Shown: piece by piece, positions 36,428 to 45,185 of the stretch | Layout of the letters: every line of letters starts with the position of its first letter | Numbering within the stretch: position 1 is the stretch's first letter | From: Anaerolineae bacterium | Lineage (GTDB): Bacteria; Chloroflexota; Anaerolineae; Epilineales; JAHCIE01 | Assembly: GCA_046328525.1 (NCBI GenBank) | Contig: JAXLWK010000004.1 | Coordinates: 212,221-276,220, forward strand | Length of the DNA: 64,000 nt | Reading direction: 5' to 3' | Made by a program: the position numbers and the translations under genes | Notes under the pieces: model-generated | Told to the model about the DNA's origin: nothing | The model's input: the letters and a program-made list of their open reading frames with translations, nothing else | Database searches by the model: none

Positions 36428-37315
36428 TCACCGCAGCGGGGCGGTGGTGACGACGGCGATTCCCATGACGACGGCGAGGCCGCCCACGAGCTGCTGCAAC
36501 GTGGGCGCGACCCCGAACACGCCCCACGTCCACAGAATGGCGACGACAGGGCTGAGGGTCAGGATGATCGAGAACACGGACATGTTCAGCTGCCGCAGCG
36601 CCATGTAATACAGGGCGCGGCTGATGACGACATCCAGCAGGGCGAAGACCAGGAGCGCCAGCCACGCCTGCGCGCTCGGCCACTGCCACGCCCGGAACGC
36701 CGTCGTCGTCACCGCCATCACACCGGCCATGATGGCGAGACGCCAGAAAAAGAACTCGGTGAACGCGATGTGGCCGCCGTACCGCTTCACCACGCCGGCG
36801 TGGGTGGCGTAGAGCGCCGCGAACGTCAGCACCAATAGCGCCCCGATGCGCAGGTAGTCGCCGGGTTGGAATGTAATCGTCGCCACGCCGACCAGGGCCA
36901 CCGCCACCCCAACGCCCTGGCGCGTCGTCAGCCGGTCCTTCAGCCAGAACACGCCGAGCAAGACGCCGAACAGGATGGACGACTCGCTGAGCAGGGACGC
37001 CGTGCCGGGGTCTATGTACTGCACCGCCACATAGCTGATGGACGTCGCGATCCCCGCCAGTCCGCCCACCGCGAGGAAGAACCGCAGGTGGTGGCGCAAC
37101 GTGCCGGGTCGGAGTTGCCCGGTCGCCCCGGCATAGACGCCCACCTGAACGGCGGCCACGGCGGTGACGAGGCACGACGCCAGCACCGGCGGCATGAACG
37201 AGTTCAGGCTCCGCGCGAAGACGAAGTGCAGGCCGTCGAGCACGATGAGCGCGGCCACCAGGATGGGCGCGCTCCGGGCGAGGCGAACACTCAGCGTGGG
37301 AGAGGCGTCCGACAT
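36428..37315 (-). CDS. EamA/DMT-superfamily transporter
   Basis: 295 aa, 10 TM. Two EamA-like halves (...SISYVAVQYIDPGTASLL... / ...SRALYYMALRQLNMSVFSII...). Confidence 0.8.
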   Translation of the reverse strand: MSDASPTLSVRLARSAPILVAALIVLDGLHFVFARSLNSFMPPVLASCLVTAVAAVQVGVYAGATGQLRPGTLRHHLRFFLAVGGLAGIATSISYVAVQYIDPGTASLLSESSILFGVLLGVFWLKDRLTTRQGVGVAVALVGVATITFQPGDYLRIGALLVLTFAALYATHAGVVKRYGGHIAFTEFFFWRLAIMAGVMAVTTTAFRAWQWPSAQAWLALLVFALLDVVISRALYYMALRQLNMSVFSIILTLSPVVAILWTWGVFGVAPTLQQLVGGLAVVMGIAVVTTAPLR

Positions 37316-37347
37316 GGCTTCCCCTGTGCGCCGTGAATGGGGCCATT

Positions 37348-38694
37348 CTATGGCCTGGACGCGCTTCTGTCAAAACCCGCCTGTCTCAGCCGCTGGCGGA
37401 CGATGTCCTCTAGCGCCGGTCGGCTCAGGCTCTCCAGCTCGTAGCGCACGCGCACCGCCGGCACGCCGATGCGCAGCACGCGCCGCAGGTCAATCGGCGT
37501 GCCGAGGATGACGGCGTCCACGTCGGCGGCGGCGATGGTCGCCTCCAGGTCGCGGATCTGCCCCTCGCTGTAGCCCATCGCCGGCAGGACGCTCTGCGCC
37601 TGGGGGTAGCGCGCGAAGACCTCGCGCATCGAGCCGACGGCGAACGCCACCGGCGAGACGATGGTCGCGCCCAGGCGCTGCGCCGCCACTGTGCCCGCGC
37701 CGAACGGCATCTCGCCGTGGGTAAGCGTCGGCCCATCCTCGACCACCAGGACGCGCTTCCCGGCCAGCGCCACGCTGTCCTCGACCGTGATGCGCGAGGC
37801 GGCGTCCACGATGGTGGCGGCGGGGTTGGCGGCGCGAATGTTGGCGCGCACCGTTTCGATGGCCTCCGGCGCGGCGGTGTCCTCTTTGTTGATGACCACC
37901 ACGTCGGCCATGCGCAGGTTGGTCTCGCCCGGGTGGTAGCGCAGCTCGTGGCCCGGGCGCAGCGGGTCGGCGACGACGATGTGTAGGTCGGGGGCGAAGA
38001 ACGGGATGTCGTTGTTGCCGCCGTCCCACACGATCACGTCCGCCTCGGCCTCCGCCTGGGCCAGGATGCGCCCGTAGTCCACGCCGGCGTAGATGACCGC
38101 GCCGGCGTCGAGGTACGGCTCGTACTCCTCGCGCTCTTCGATGGTGCAGCGCTGGCGGTCGAGGTCGTCGTAAGCGGCGAAGCGCTGGACGGCCTGCTCG
38201 GCGAGCGCGCCGTAGGGCATCGGGTGGCGCACGGCGACGACACGCTGCCCCGCCTCGCGCAGGACGCGCACCACCAGGCGGCTGGTCTGGCTCTTGCCGC
38301 AGCCGGTGCGGACGGCGCACACGGCGATGACGGGGCGCTGCGACGGCAGCGTCGTGCGGCCTGGGCCGAGGAGGCGGAAGTCAGCGCCGGCCGCCAGGAC
38401 GCGGGACGCGCGGTGCATGACGTGCTCGTGGGAGACGTCGCTGTAGGCGAAGACCACGTCGTCTACGGCGTGCTGCGCGATGAGGCGCTCCAGGTCGGCT
38501 TCGGGGTAGATGGGGATGCCGGCGGGGTAGAGCGGGCCGGCCAGGGACGCGGGGTAGACGCGGTTCTCCGCGCCGGGAATCTGGGTCGCGGTGAACGCCA
38601 CGACCTCGGCGTCCGGGTTGTCGCGGTAGACCATGTTGAAGTTGTGGAAGTCGCGGCCGGCGGCGCCCATGATGATGACACGGGTTCGGGACAT
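37348..38694 (-). CDS. Cyclic 2,3-diphosphoglycerate synthetase-family protein (archaeal cPGS-like P-loop protein), putative
   Basis: MSRTRVIIMGAAGRDFHNFNMVYRDNPDAEVVAFTATQIPG...AVCAVRTGCGKSQTS (P-loop-like). The identification is from memory of the cPGS family N-terminus, unverified. Confidence 0.45.
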   Translation of the reverse strand: MSRTRVIIMGAAGRDFHNFNMVYRDNPDAEVVAFTATQIPGAENRVYPASLAGPLYPAGIPIYPEADLERLIAQHAVDDVVFAYSDVSHEHVMHRASRVLAAGADFRLLGPGRTTLPSQRPVIAVCAVRTGCGKSQTSRLVVRVLREAGQRVVAVRHPMPYGALAEQAVQRFAAYDDLDRQRCTIEEREEYEPYLDAGAVIYAGVDYGRILAQAEAEADVIVWDGGNNDIPFFAPDLHIVVADPLRPGHELRYHPGETNLRMADVVVINKEDTAAPEAIETVRANIRAANPAATIVDAASRITVEDSVALAGKRVLVVEDGPTLTHGEMPFGAGTVAAQRLGATIVSPVAFAVGSMREVFARYPQAQSVLPAMGYSEGQIRDLEATIAAADVDAVILGTPIDLRRVLRIGVPAVRVRYELESLSRPALEDIVRQRLRQAGFDRSASRP

Positions 38695-38719
38695 AGGCTC
38701 TCCACTGCGGCGTGAGCGG

Positions 38720-39232
38720 TCAGCCGGCGAGGCGCGCGCGCACCGCGTCCAGGATCGTCGCGGTGGGGGCAAGGCCATGCTCCATCGGCTCCGGCTCCAC
38801 GATGGTGATGCCCCACCCGCGCAGCGTCACCAGGGAGGACGCGGTGCGCGGGTGCTGCCACAGGCCCGGATTGAGCGACGGGGCGACCAGCACCGGCCCG
38901 CCGTGCCCGATGGCTTCACTGGTCAGGGAGAGGGGCAGGCTGTCGGCGATGCCCTGGGCCAGCTTGTTGAGGGTGTTGAAGGTACACGGGGCGACGAGGA
39001 CGAGGCCCGGCTCGGGGCGCGGGAGAAGCGCGGCGTCGAAGTAGCTCTCGACGAGGCGATGCCCCGCCACGCGCACAAGCTCGCGCGGGCTGATGACCTG
39101 GCGCGCGCCCGGCGTGAGCAGGGTCAGGACACGCAGCCCCAGCCCGCTCAGGCCGGCGATTAGCTCAGGCACGCGGAAGGCGTAGACGGAGCCGGTGACG
39201 ACGAGGTAGGCCAACGTTGGCGACTCGCTCAT
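38720..39232 (-). CDS. Flavoprotein (CoaC/UbiX/HFCD-like flavin-binding fold)
   Basis: LAYLVVTGSVYAFRVPELIAGLSGLGLRVLTLLTPGARQVI...APCTFNTLNKLAQGIADSL (typical Flavoprotein PF02441 motifs). Confidence 0.6.
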   Translation of the reverse strand: MSESPTLAYLVVTGSVYAFRVPELIAGLSGLGLRVLTLLTPGARQVISPRELVRVAGHRLVESYFDAALLPRPEPGLVLVAPCTFNTLNKLAQGIADSLPLSLTSEAIGHGGPVLVAPSLNPGLWQHPRTASSLVTLRGWGITIVEPEPMEHGLAPTATILDAVRARLAG

Positions 39233-39306
39233 GAATGACCTCTCAGGGGGGTGAAAAAGACTCCAGCCCTACGGCCTGGGGTGGCGTAGGGCTGGACCTA
39301 TCGAAG

Positions 39307-39397
39307 GCGGAGGGGGAGGGATTTGAACCCTCGACGGGGGGTTAAGCCCCCGTAGGCGCTTAGCAGGCGCCCGCACTAGACCTGGCTATGCGACCCC
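39307..39397 (-). tRNA. tRNA-Ser (anticodon GCU)
   Basis: The reverse complement is GGGGGGGTCGCATAGCCAGGTCTAGTGCGGGCGCCTGCTAAGCGCCTACGGGGGCTTAACCCCCCGTCGAGGGTTCAAATCCCTCCCCCTCCGCC. Long variable arm, anticodon loop CTGCTAA, T-arm GGTTCAAATCC. Confidence 0.8.
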
Positions 39398-39520
39398 CCC
39401 AGGCTGCGGAAGGTATTATAACACACTCCGGCGGCGTGGTCAAGCGATAGTGACGGGGTGACGGAGTGGCAAAGTGGCGTTCACATCGTCACTTCCTCAC
39501 ATCGTCACCCACTCTCACAA

Positions 39521-39610
39521 GGCGGAGGGAGAGGGATTCGAACCCCCGATGAGGACAAGCCCCATAACGGTTTTCAAGACCGCCGCATTCAACCGCTCTG
39601 CCATCCCTCC
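39521..39610 (-). tRNA. tRNA-Ser (anticodon UGA)
   Basis: The reverse complement is GGAGGGATGGCAGAGCGGTTGAATGCGGCGGTCTTGAAAACCGTTATGGGGCTTGTCCTCATCGGGGGTTCGAATCCCTCTCCCTCCGCC. Anticodon loop CTTGAAA, long variable arm. Confidence 0.85.
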
Positions 39611-39717
39611 GAGCGGATTGGGCCGCCTGGCAATCGTTAGATGAGAATGTTGTTCCCGGTCTTACGCGAACCGCAGGCGCGTGTGACGGCATGCGCCGAC
39701 ACAAGAACATGCCGCGC

Positions 39718-39990
39718 CGTCATCGCGAGCGTAGCGAAGCAATCCCGCGCCCTTGCATCACGTGGTCTAGTCGAGAAATAGCGCCGCGTTCGCCTACCGC
39801 GAGATTGCTTCGGCAGTGGGGAGCTTCGCCCCCCACACCCCCGAAAGAAGCCCGCCTGCTATGAAAGTTCGTTCGGGCCGCGTCGTCGCCGGCCCAGGCG
39901 AACTTTCCTGGCAAGAGATGGGAACGCCAAGGCGCAAAGACGCAAAGGGGAACATCGCGTTATCTTTCTTTGCGCCTCTGCGCCTTGGCG
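39718..39990. repeat. Intergenic repeat cluster (family C copy plus family E gcaaagacgcaaag...ctctgcgccttggcg)
   Basis: tcatcgcgagcgtagcgaagcaatcccgcg...cgcgagattgcttcggcagtgggg and ggcgcaaagacgcaaaggggaacatcgcgttatctttctttgcgcctctgcgccttggcg (compare 49790-49870). Confidence 0.6.
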
Positions 39991-40125
39991 TTCCTGTCCT
40001 CTTCGCGCAACCCGAAAGCCTGCTATAGCCTGCCTCTCACCCGGCGGGAGGCTGCTTCGTCCTCCTATCGTCGTCCTCGCAGCGACGCCGTATCTCGCGG
40101 GCGAAGCAGTCACCCCGTCACCCTC

Positions 40126-41397
40126 TCACTTCCCGGCCGGCGTGATGACGTCCACGCGCATGTAGGGGCGCAGCGCCTCCGGCACGACGACCGTCCCATC
40201 CTCCTGCTGGTAGTTCTCCAGAATGGCGATGACCGCGCGCGGCATCCCCACGCCCGAGCCGTTGAGCGTGTGGACGTACTCCGGCTTGCCCCGCGCCTCG
40301 CGGCGGAAGCGGATGTTGGCCCGCCGCGCCTGGAAGTCCTCCACGTTCGAGCACGAGCTGACCTCCAGCCACTCATCCTGGCCCGGCGCCCACACCTCGA
40401 TGTCGTAAGTCTTGGTCGAAGCGAAGCCCAGGTCCCCCGTCGCCAGGAGCTTGGTGCGGTACGGCAGGCCGAGACGAGCGACCGTCTCTTCAGCGTCGGC
40501 GGTCAGGCGCTCCAACTCGGCGTAGCTCGTCTCCGGCAGGACGAACTTGTACATCTCCACCTTGTCGAACTGGTGGCCGCGCTTGATGCCGCGCACGTCG
40601 CGCCCGGCTGCCATCTTCTCGCGGCGGAAGCACGGGGTGTAGGCCGTCCAGTTCATCGGTAGCTGGGCCGCGTCCAGAATTTCGCCAGACGGGATGTTGG
40701 TCAGCGGAACCTCAGCCGTCGGCACCAGCCAGAAGTCCTCCTCCGCGTCGTGGTAGAGGTTGTCGCGGAACTTGGGCAACTGTCCCGCGCCCCACATGCA
40801 CGCCTCGCGCACCATGAACGGCGTGTACATCTCGGTGTAGCCCTGATCGGCGTGCAGGTCGAGCGCCCACTGGATCAGCGAGCGCTGGAGGCGCGCGCCC
40901 AGGCCCTTGAGGACGTAGAAGCGCGAGCCGCTGAGCTTGATGCCCGCCTCGAAGTCTATGATGCCGAGCGCCTCGCCTAGCTCCCAGTGGGGGCGCGGCG
41001 CGAAGTCGAACTGGCGCGGCTCGGCCACCTCGCGGACGATGACGTTGTGGCTCTCGTCGCCGAGGGGCACGTCCGGCGCCGGGACGTTGGGGACCTCACG
41101 CAGCAGGGCGTCGCGCTCCGTCTCCACCGCCGCGACCGTCGGCTCCATGTCCTTGATCCGGTCGCCCAGGGCGCGCATCGCCTCGATGTGAGCGGGGCGC
41201 TCCTCCTTCGGCAGCTTGCCGGTCTGTTTCGAGCCGGCGTTCAGCTCGGCCTTCAGCGTCTCGATCTGGTACAGAAGCGAGCGCCGCTGCTCGTCCAGGG
41301 CCAGGATGCGGTCCACGATGCCCGGATTGTCCTCGCGCTTGACCAGCGCCGCGCGCACGGTGTCGGGATTCTCCCGCATCAGGTTGATGTCTAGCAT
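40126..41397 (-). CDS. serS: Serine--tRNA ligase
   Basis: [21 protein letters not shown]... (coiled-coil tRNA-binding arm) and class II core ...[27 protein letters not shown]...[24 protein letters not shown]. Confidence 0.9.
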   Translation of the reverse strand: MLDINLMRENPDTVRAALVKREDNPGIVDRILALDEQRRSLLYQIETLKAELNAGSKQTGKLPKEERPAHIEAMRALGDRIKDMEPTVAAVETERDALLREVPNVPAPDVPLGDESHNVIVREVAEPRQFDFAPRPHWELGEALGIIDFEAGIKLSGSRFYVLKGLGARLQRSLIQWALDLHADQGYTEMYTPFMVREACMWGAGQLPKFRDNLYHDAEEDFWLVPTAEVPLTNIPSGEILDAAQLPMNWTAYTPCFRREKMAAGRDVRGIKRGHQFDKVEMYKFVLPETSYAELERLTADAEETVARLGLPYRTKLLATGDLGFASTKTYDIEVWAPGQDEWLEVSSCSNVEDFQARRANIRFRREARGKPEYVHTLNGSGVGMPRAVIAILENYQQEDGTVVVPEALRPYMRVDVITPAGK

Positions 41398-41404
41398 GCC
41401 TCAC

Positions 41405-41700
41405 CTCCACAAAGGATGACTGACACAAAAAAGGCTCCCCGTCCATACAGGACGAGGAGCGCTCGTGGTGCCACCTGGGTTTGCCCGGCGCCACAGTGGC
41501 GCGGCGGGCCTCAATATCTCCGTAACGGGGAGCGGCCGGCCCCCTTAGTCGGCGGACGCCGTTTCCGGGAGCAGCTCAGGAGGGGAACGTCGGGCCACCG
41601 CTACCGCCTCGCACCACCCGGCGGCTCTCTGAAGTCGGCGCAGCCCGCGCATGTCTCCGTCAACGCGGTCTATGTCTCGTTGGGGCTAGTATACCACAGC
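41405..41700 (-). promoter_or_regulatory. Candidate T-box riboswitch leader of serS
   Basis: The minus-strand leader contains aacCCAGGTGGCACCACGag resembling the T-box consensus AGGGTGGNACCGCG. It is followed by a terminator hairpin (cctcctcgtcctgtatggacggggagcc) and ttttttgt immediately upstream of the serS SD. Confidence 0.35.
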
Positions 41701-41739
41701 CTATGGGGCGGGTCAAAGCCCAAAAGGATGATTTGTTGA

Positions 41740-42339
41740 TTATCCTTTCGACAGATCGGCCAGCACGTCGCTATCGCCGGACGCGCCGGGGCCGCCCTCG
41801 GCGGGCGCTTCGGGGGCGGGTGCGGGCGCAGCGGGCGCCGGCGCGCCACCGAGAGGATCGGCGACGCCGAGCGCCTCGGCGAGCTGAGCCACCGCCGCCT
41901 TCTCCGCGTCCGAGACCTCGACGCCGCCGAAGCCGAAGCTCGTGTTTTCCTTAGCGGCGTGGGCGACGGCGGCGGCGATTCCGATCAGCCACTCCTTGAA
42001 ACCCGGCCCATCCGCGCTGCCCTTCTCGCTCAACATGCCGGACATCTGGCCGAGCAGCGCCGCCGCCTGGCCGACCACCTCGGCCGGGCTTTTGCCCTTG
42101 ATGTCGTCGGGCTTGGCGGCGTTGTGATCCTGCACAAGCTCCTCGGCCACGGCCTGCACCAGCGCGTTCGACGAGCCGGCCTGTTTGACGGCGGCCAGCG
42201 ACTTGGCGATGGCATAGCTCTCTTTGCTGATGCCGATGGGGCCGCTGGGGCTGGCCGCGGACACAGCCAGGCCGACGGTCATCGGACCCTGGAGCAGCAT
42301 TTTCCATTCTTCAGGTGTGAAACTGTCTTTGACTGGCAT
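41740..42339 (-). CDS. Hypothetical protein (199 aa, Ala/Gly-rich, no TM)
   Basis: SD GGAGGT then ATG (MPVKDSFTPEEWKMLLQGPMTVGLAV...). Upstream is a TTGACA-17-ATAATG promoter-like element (42385-42415) following a terminator hairpin. Confidence 0.5.
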   Translation of the reverse strand: MPVKDSFTPEEWKMLLQGPMTVGLAVSAASPSGPIGISKESYAIAKSLAAVKQAGSSNALVQAVAEELVQDHNAAKPDDIKGKSPAEVVGQAAALLGQMSGMLSEKGSADGPGFKEWLIGIAAAVAHAAKENTSFGFGGVEVSDAEKAAVAQLAEALGVADPLGGAPAPAAPAPAPEAPAEGGPGASGDSDVLADLSKG

Positions 42340-42465
42340 TGTACCTCCGGCTGGATTAGAGTAACACCGCGACACGTATCATTATCGTTGAATCGGCGGC
42401 CCTGTCAACGCCGAGGGGCCACCCTGTCGCCGGGTGGCCCCTTCTCTGCCGCCGCAGATGCGTCG

Positions 42466-42681
42466 CTACTCGATGAAGCCCGTCTCAAGGATGCGCGCGA
42501 CTCGCTCCCGCCCCATCCGGCGGCGCGGCGTCGGCGGGGGCGCGGCGGGGTCCGCGCGGCCTAGCCCTTCGATGTCTTGCTGTCGCCGCTCAGCCACGCC
42601 GGTCTCTGGCGGCTTCGCCTTGCCCTTCGTGTGATCCATCTCGATGAGTTTGTCGAGGATGTCATTGATTCGCTTTGCCAT
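42466..42681 (-). CDS. Small basic protein (71 aa), unknown function
   Basis: SD GGGAGGAAAC then ATG (MAKRINDILDKLIEMDHTKGKAKPPE...). A terminator hairpin ggggccacccggcgacagggtggcccc lies downstream. Confidence 0.4.
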   Translation of the reverse strand: MAKRINDILDKLIEMDHTKGKAKPPETGVAERRQQDIEGLGRADPAAPPPTPRRRMGRERVARILETGFIE

Positions 42682-42849
42682 GTTTCCTCCCGATGTTCGC
42701 CATCTGGCGTTTTACAAGGCAAGCCGCGTGCCAACAGTCCTGGGCGTGTTCAAGGGAAGGGCCGCGGATTCGCGGGAGAACGACCAACGCGCGTATAATG
42801 AACGGCCATTGAACCGTGAACCGCGACCGCGCGAAGGGAATAAGCGCTT

Positions 42850-43494
42850 ATGACTATCGCCTCGACATGGCGTTGGGCGACCATCGCCGCCTTGCTCATT
42901 GGAATCGGACTCCTGGCCGGCTGTAGCGGCTGGTCGCTTTTCGGGTCGTCGCAGACGGCCGAAGCGACGGCCGTCCCTGCCGCACCGACGAGCGCGCCCG
43001 TCGCCCTGGCGCCGACGCTCGCCCCGACAAACACCGCCACGCCGCGCCCGACCGCCACACGCACCGTTGAGCCGTCGCCGACCATTCGGCCGACGCGGAC
43101 AGCGACGAAGGCCCCCGAAGCGACGGCGACGACCGGCCCCAAGAAGGTCGTCATTACCGAAGGGGACGTCGCCAAGTTCGTGTCGCAGGGAGCGCTGGGG
43201 CAGTACGGCGCGGACGTGCGCGGGCTGAACGTGCGCTTCGCCAACAATCGGCTGCACCTGACCGCCGACAGCGCCACCTATGGCTTCATGTCGCTGAGCA
43301 ACATTGACCTGGTCGGGCGGCCAGTCGCGCAGAACGGCGTCGTCACCCTGAATATCGAGTCCATGTCGCCGGGCGGCTTCGTGTCCTCGATGGTGCCGAG
43401 CATGGCGAACCAGGCCCTGGCGCAGTACACCTCGCAGTGGTATGTCGAGGACGTGAAGGTCCTCGACGGCCGCGTCGAGCTGACAGTGCGCTGA
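42850..43494 (+). CDS. Lipoprotein (lipobox LLAGC) with Pro/Thr-rich linker and a ~110-aa C-terminal domain of unknown function
   Basis: MTIASTWRWATIAALLIGIGLLAGCSG... Confidence 0.55.
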   Translation: MTIASTWRWATIAALLIGIGLLAGCSGWSLFGSSQTAEATAVPAAPTSAPVALAPTLAPTNTATPRPTATRTVEPSPTIRPTRTATKAPEATATTGPKKVVITEGDVAKFVSQGALGQYGADVRGLNVRFANNRLHLTADSATYGFMSLSNIDLVGRPVAQNGVVTLNIESMSPGGFVSSMVPSMANQALAQYTSQWYVEDVKVLDGRVELTVR

Positions 43495-43917
43495 CGCGCC
43501 GAGCGCCGGCATCTGCGGAAAGGAGAACGAGCCGCCCATCGTCCCCTCGTTGGAGACGGGGCGGCTCGTTCTGGGAGTCGCAGTTGCGCGTGGCGCGCGC
43601 ACGCATAGAATTGAGAGCAGAAGACCCGGCCAACGAGCGATTCCAAAAGCGAATCTAGTAGCGCATCGAGTAGCGAATCTATTAGAACCTGGCTGTATAC
43701 TCGTTCTGTGGGCCTCCCCAGCCGGCGGCTCGTCGTCTACGACGAAGGGCAGCCATTCCAGCCTCCTGCCCAATCGCGGCATCTGCGTCACCCATCCAGT
43801 ACATCGTACGTCTAACTCAGAGCCACGTGCTGGTGATCAAACCCGGTTCTCCATCCGAAGGTTCCGCCGCTCATGGTTCCCGTCCAGGCTGCACGACGGG
43901 AAGAAAGGCTGCTGGTG

Positions 43918-44913
43918 ATGGCTCTCCTACGTATCGCATTGTTGGGTGGCGTCACAGTCGCGCATGATGGCATCTCGGCGCCGTTGAAAATCACCCGCAC
44001 GGGCCAGACGTTGCTGGCCTACATGATGATCAATGGGTATCGTCAGCACCCCCGCGATGTCCTCGCCGATCTCATCTGGGGCGAACAGACGCAGACGCAG
44101 GCGCACCGCTGCCTCAGCACGGCGCTGTGGCGGCTCAGGCGCGAGCTGGAGCCGCCGGGCGTGCCGCGCGGCACGTACCTGATGACCTCCGCCAGCGGCG
44201 ACATCGGCTTCAACTGGGAGAGCGATCACTGGCTGGACGTCGCCGCCTTCGAGAGTCAGCTCGGCGACGCCCTCGCCCGCCCGCTCGAGCAGATGGAGCC
44301 GGCCGACGCCGACCGCATCGAGGCCGGCTTGAGGCTGTACCGTGGCGACTGTCTCGAAGGGTTCTACGATCACTGGGCTTTGGCGCACCGCGAGCACCTG
44401 TTCTGCCTCTACCTGAACGGCCTGACGCGCCTGATGCGGTTCCACGCCCGGAACGGACAGTACGAGGCGGGCTTGAGCTACGGGCTGAAGGCGCTCCAGC
44501 ACGACCCGCTGCGGGAAGAAACGCAGCGCGAGGTCATCCGCCTGTACTGGCTGACCGGGCAGCGCTCCCAGGCGATCCGCCAGTACGAAGCCTGCCGCAC
44601 GCTCCTGGCGAACGAGCTGGGCATCGCGCCCATGGAAGAGACCCAGGCCCTCTACCACCAGATCAGCCAGGAGCCGGCCGAGCCGCACGGTGGGTCGCCC
44701 GCCCTCGCCCAACTCGCCGACAGCCCCGCGCCGCCGGTCGAGCTGCGCGCCGTCGCGCCCCCCACCTCCACCGCCCTCGCCAAGCCGACGGAGCTGTCGG
44801 ACATCGAGTTGCGCCTGGAGGAGGCCATCCGAATGCTCAACCGAGCGAGCGACCACCTTCAGAGTGTCGTTCGCTTGTTGGAGGAACAGACGCTGCACCA
44901 GGGCCAGCGATAG
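43918..44913 (+). CDS. SARP (AfsR/DnrI/EmbR)-family transcriptional activator: OmpR-type winged-helix plus BTAD domain
   Basis: MALLRIALLGGVTVAHDG...LLAYMMINGYRQHPRDVLADLIWGEQTQTQAHRCLSTALWRLRREL... then the TPR-like BTAD (...LYRGDCLEGFYDHWALAHREHL...QYEACRTLLANELGIAPMEETQALY). Confidence 0.75.
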   Translation: MALLRIALLGGVTVAHDGISAPLKITRTGQTLLAYMMINGYRQHPRDVLADLIWGEQTQTQAHRCLSTALWRLRRELEPPGVPRGTYLMTSASGDIGFNWESDHWLDVAAFESQLGDALARPLEQMEPADADRIEAGLRLYRGDCLEGFYDHWALAHREHLFCLYLNGLTRLMRFHARNGQYEAGLSYGLKALQHDPLREETQREVIRLYWLTGQRSQAIRQYEACRTLLANELGIAPMEETQALYHQISQEPAEPHGGSPALAQLADSPAPPVELRAVAPPTSTALAKPTELSDIELRLEEAIRMLNRASDHLQSVVRLLEEQTLHQGQR

Positions 44914-44964
44914 CGCCGGGCGAGTGGTCGTCCGTCAGGATGCGTCGTGAGCGGCCGTCGCCGC

Positions 44965-45075
44965 CGTAGGCTCAAGCCTACGGCTACTCATGCAAGCCCA
45001 AGGGGCTGGCGGAGCCGGAGCGGCAGCCTCTCAGGCTTGCACTCGTAGCCCGCTGCTTCAGCGGCGGGCGGGCCT
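44965..45075. repeat. Family A dispersed repeat
   Basis: gtaggctcaagcctacggctactcatgcaagcccaaggggctggcggagccggagcggcagcctctcaggcttgcactcgtagcccgctgcttcagcggcgggcgggcc. Confidence 0.8.
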
Positions 45076-45185
45076 GGCGTTCGGGGCGAGCATCCGGGGG
45101 TTTCTTGTGTCGGCGCATGCCGTGCCAACGGCATGGGAGTCTTGGCGTGACAGCCCAGGGATTTCAAAAGGAGGAAGATGCGTTA

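Noticed and set aside
36228-37373. 381-aa minus-strand ORF overlapping the EamA transporter gene
   Set aside because: Out-of-frame overlap of the clearly transporter-like ORF 36428..37315. Arg/Gly-rich garbage translation.
41416-41739. 107-aa plus-strand ORF upstream of serS
   Set aside because: It lies in the serS leader, which is better explained as a structured T-box-like RNA on the other strand. No SD.
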